64,000 nt of DNA from Vulcanimicrobiota bacterium (GTDB taxonomy: Bacteria > Vulcanimicrobiota > Vulcanimicrobiia > Vulcanimicrobiales > Vulcanimicrobiaceae). Shown in pieces: positions 61,722 through 64,000 of this stretch. The first letter of the stretch is position 1. Every line of letters begins with the position of its first letter. The notes under the pieces were generated by a model. That model was not told the origin of the DNA. It ran no database searches and saw only the letters and a list, made by a program, of their open reading frames with translations. The translations under genes and the position numbers were made by a program. The DNA is taken from positions 256,001 to 320,000 of the forward strand of contig CAWHWQ010000001.1 in assembly GCA_963833095.1 (NCBI GenBank). The letters run 5' to 3'.

Positions 61722-63783
61722 CTAGCGCCGATGTCCCGATTGCAGGTCGCTGAGCGCGTCGAGCGCGTCTTGCGGCGGCCCGGGTTCACCAAGGAAATAG
61801 CCTTGGACTTCATACGCGCCGATCGCGCGAATTTGCTCGAGCGTGACCCGCGATTCGATGCCTTCCGCGACCGAGGTGAGACCGAGATTTTCGGCCAGCG
61901 TCACGATCGTTTTGACGATCGCCTCGTCTTGCGAACCCGGCAACATGTCGCGCAGGAAACTTCGATCGATTTTGAGCGTGTCGATCGGAAAGCGCCGCAA
62001 ATAGCCAAGCGACGTGTAGCCCGTTCCAAAATCGTCGACTGATAAACGTACCCCTAAGCCTTTAAGCTCGTGCAGCATCGCGATACCGCCCGAGATGTCG
62101 CGCATGATCGAGCTCTCGGTCAATTCGAGTTCGAGTCGCGAGGGCGCTATGCCCGACTCGCGCGATATCCGCGCGATCGAATCGCGCAGTCCCGCCCGCT
62201 CGAATTGACGTGCGGAGATGTTGACGCAGACGCGTGGAATCTCGATGCCCCGCGCGTCCCACTCCTCAAGCTGCCGGCAGACGTCGCGCAACACAAAGAC
62301 GCCGAGGTCGTCGATTGCTCCCGTCTCCTCTGCCAAATGAATGAAGTGTTCGGGCGACAAGAGCCCGAGATCGGATGCTGCCAGCGGACCAGCGCCTCGA
62401 ATCCGGTGAACGAAAGATCGTCTGCGCGAAAGATCGGTTGATAGTGCAAAACGAACTGCCCGGCACTGCGGCCCCGCGAAGATCGCGCTTGAGCGAGAGG
62501 CGCTGCGACGACGATGCGATCATGCTCGGTACAAAGAACCGGAAGGCGTGCCCCCCGGCGGCCTTTGCGGCCTGCATCGCGGCCTCCGACGAACGGATCA
62601 GCGTTTGCGTGTCCGCGCCGTCTTCTGGGAAGGATGCAAGACCCGAACTCGCACTGACGTAGACGTCGATATCGCCGACCACGAAAGGAGCGTCGAATGA
62701 TGCGTGGAGACGCTCGAGGAACGCGCGGCCCTGCGTGGGTTCGAAGCGTCGACCAACAGGACGCGAATTGGTCGTCGCCGATGCGCGAGACCGTAGCGCC
62801 CCGTCGACCAGACGGCGCATGCGGCTCGCGATCATGCGCAACACTTCGTCGCCGTTGCTGGTTCCGTAGAGATCGTTGACTTCGCGAAAGGCGTCGAGAT
62901 CGGTGGTAATAACGTGCAGCGGAGTGCGATGCCGCTGCGCCATCGAGATGGCTTGCATCATACGGTCCTCGAGCAATGCGCGGTTCGGCAGATCCGTCAG
63001 CGGATCGTATTGCGCGAAATACGCCAGGCGCTGCTCGGCGATCTTGCGCTCGGTGATGTCGAAGGCGACCGCGATCGTGCCGACGATGCGTCTGTCGACG
63101 TCGCGCAGAGGCTCGACGTGTCCGCGGAACGTCTTGCCGCCCCAGATCATCTCGTACTCGGCGGCGCCGCCTTGCAGCGCTTGCAGATGCGCGTGACGGA
63201 TCGGAAAGCGCGACTCGTCGGCCAGCAGCGCCGAGCTCGCGACGTGCGTGCCGATCAGCGCTTCGGGGGCGTCGGGAACCTGAGAAAGCTGCGCGCCTTC
63301 GACCGACGTGACCGTGAGCGCGGTGTCGCACGAGATGACCAGCGCCGGGAGTTGTTCGAAAAGCAGGCGCAGCCGCGTCTCGCGCTCGCGAAGCTGCTCT
63401 TCCATGAGCGCGCGGGCGCGTCGCAGTTCGGCATCGCGCAGCGCGCGTTCGGCGGCGGGCCCGAGACGCTTGAGGTTGTTCTTGAAGACGTAATCGTAGG
63501 CGCCCAAGCGGATCGTTTCGACGGCGGCTTCTTCGCCGACCGCGCCCGAGACGACAAGCGTGGGCACGTCGGTACCCGCGGTCTGAACAGCTCGAGCATG
63601 CGCGATCGCGCTAGAACGCCGGCATCGAGTAATCGCACAGGATAAGGTCCCACTGCTCGGACAGCGCGACCCGCGCTGCCTCGTCGCTCGTCCACTCGCG
63701 CGCTTTCGCAACGCGAATCCGTGGCGTTGCAGCGCCAGAACGTTGAGCTCGGCATCGTCGGGCGAATCGTCGACGCAGAGCAC
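61722..63783 (-). CDS. REC-PAS-GGDEF-EAL c-di-GMP signalling protein (frameshifted)
   Basis: REC (CVDDS...GAYDYVFK), PAS (DITERK), YDPLTDLPNR, degenerate RIGDDQF, FEALVRW, DDFGTGYTSL. Confidence 0.85.
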
Positions 63784-63798
63784 CCGAAGCTCGGCAAG

Positions 63799-64000
63799 CT
63801 ACAAGCCTCCCCCCCATCGCGGGCGGCGGTTCGTTGAGCACGAGCCAATACAACCCGACTTGGCGCACGGCTTCGACGAACTCGTTGAAGTCGACCGGTT
63901 TGCGAACGTAGCTGTTCACCCCAAGCCGGTAGCCTTCGAGCAGATCTTCTTCTTGCTTGCTGGACGTAAGGATGACCGTCGGATCAGAGCGCGTCGCATC
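63799..64000 (-). CDS. Single-domain response regulator, Rcp1-like (3' part only)
   Basis: PTVILTSSKQEEDLLEGYRLGVNSYVRKPVDFNEF...GLYWLVLNEPP. The stop is probably displaced by the C-run at ~63809-63815. Confidence 0.85.

Noticed and set aside
1..64000. CRISPR array, tRNA/rRNA, transposase, integrase, prophage or defence genes
   Set aside because: No spaced repeat arrays, tRNA or rRNA signatures, or recognisable mobile or defence proteins were seen by eye.

Overview
GC-rich bacterial chromosomal window made mostly of housekeeping and metabolic genes. The gene style is suggestive of Candidatus Eremiobacterota/Vulcanimicrobiota, but that is inference only. In order: 5' part of dapD (missed by the ORF track), Zn alcohol dehydrogenase, a pentose-phosphate operon (tkt, tal-pgi fusion, gnd, zwf, opcA, pgl), a serine hydrolase, a STAS/secreted protein/TetR/HlyD/DHA2/TolC efflux operon, histidine utilisation genes (hutU-hutI-hutF-like, with hutH separate), PadR pair, sulfotransferase-like fusion, WYL regulator, mtnBDC, SulP-STAS-cNMP, nadR-like/clpC, a second TetR/DHA2 locus, acyl-CoA carboxylase/methylmalonyl-CoA genes, ECF sigma/anti-sigma, GT39, fabI, a peptidoglycan-recycling operon (nagZ, anmK, murQ, DUF4127-like), an aspartic protease and a REC-PAS-GGDEF-EAL gene. 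Three blocks (about 12.4-18.3 kb, 38.8-44 kb, 61.7-64 kb) are full of small indels, most likely long-read consensus errors. No CRISPR, rRNA, tRNA, transposase or integrase was seen. The most interesting signals are non-coding. (1) A stand-alone, highly structured ~200-nt RNA candidate (28941-29140) has its own sigma70 promoter, terminator and 21-bp-phased DnaA-box-like repeats, and converges on the WYL gene. (2) A perfect 22-bp inverted-repeat pair of palindromic operators brackets the efflux-operon promoter. (3) A multi-stem leader lies upstream of hutU. (4) A REP-like palindrome sits in-frame inside accC.
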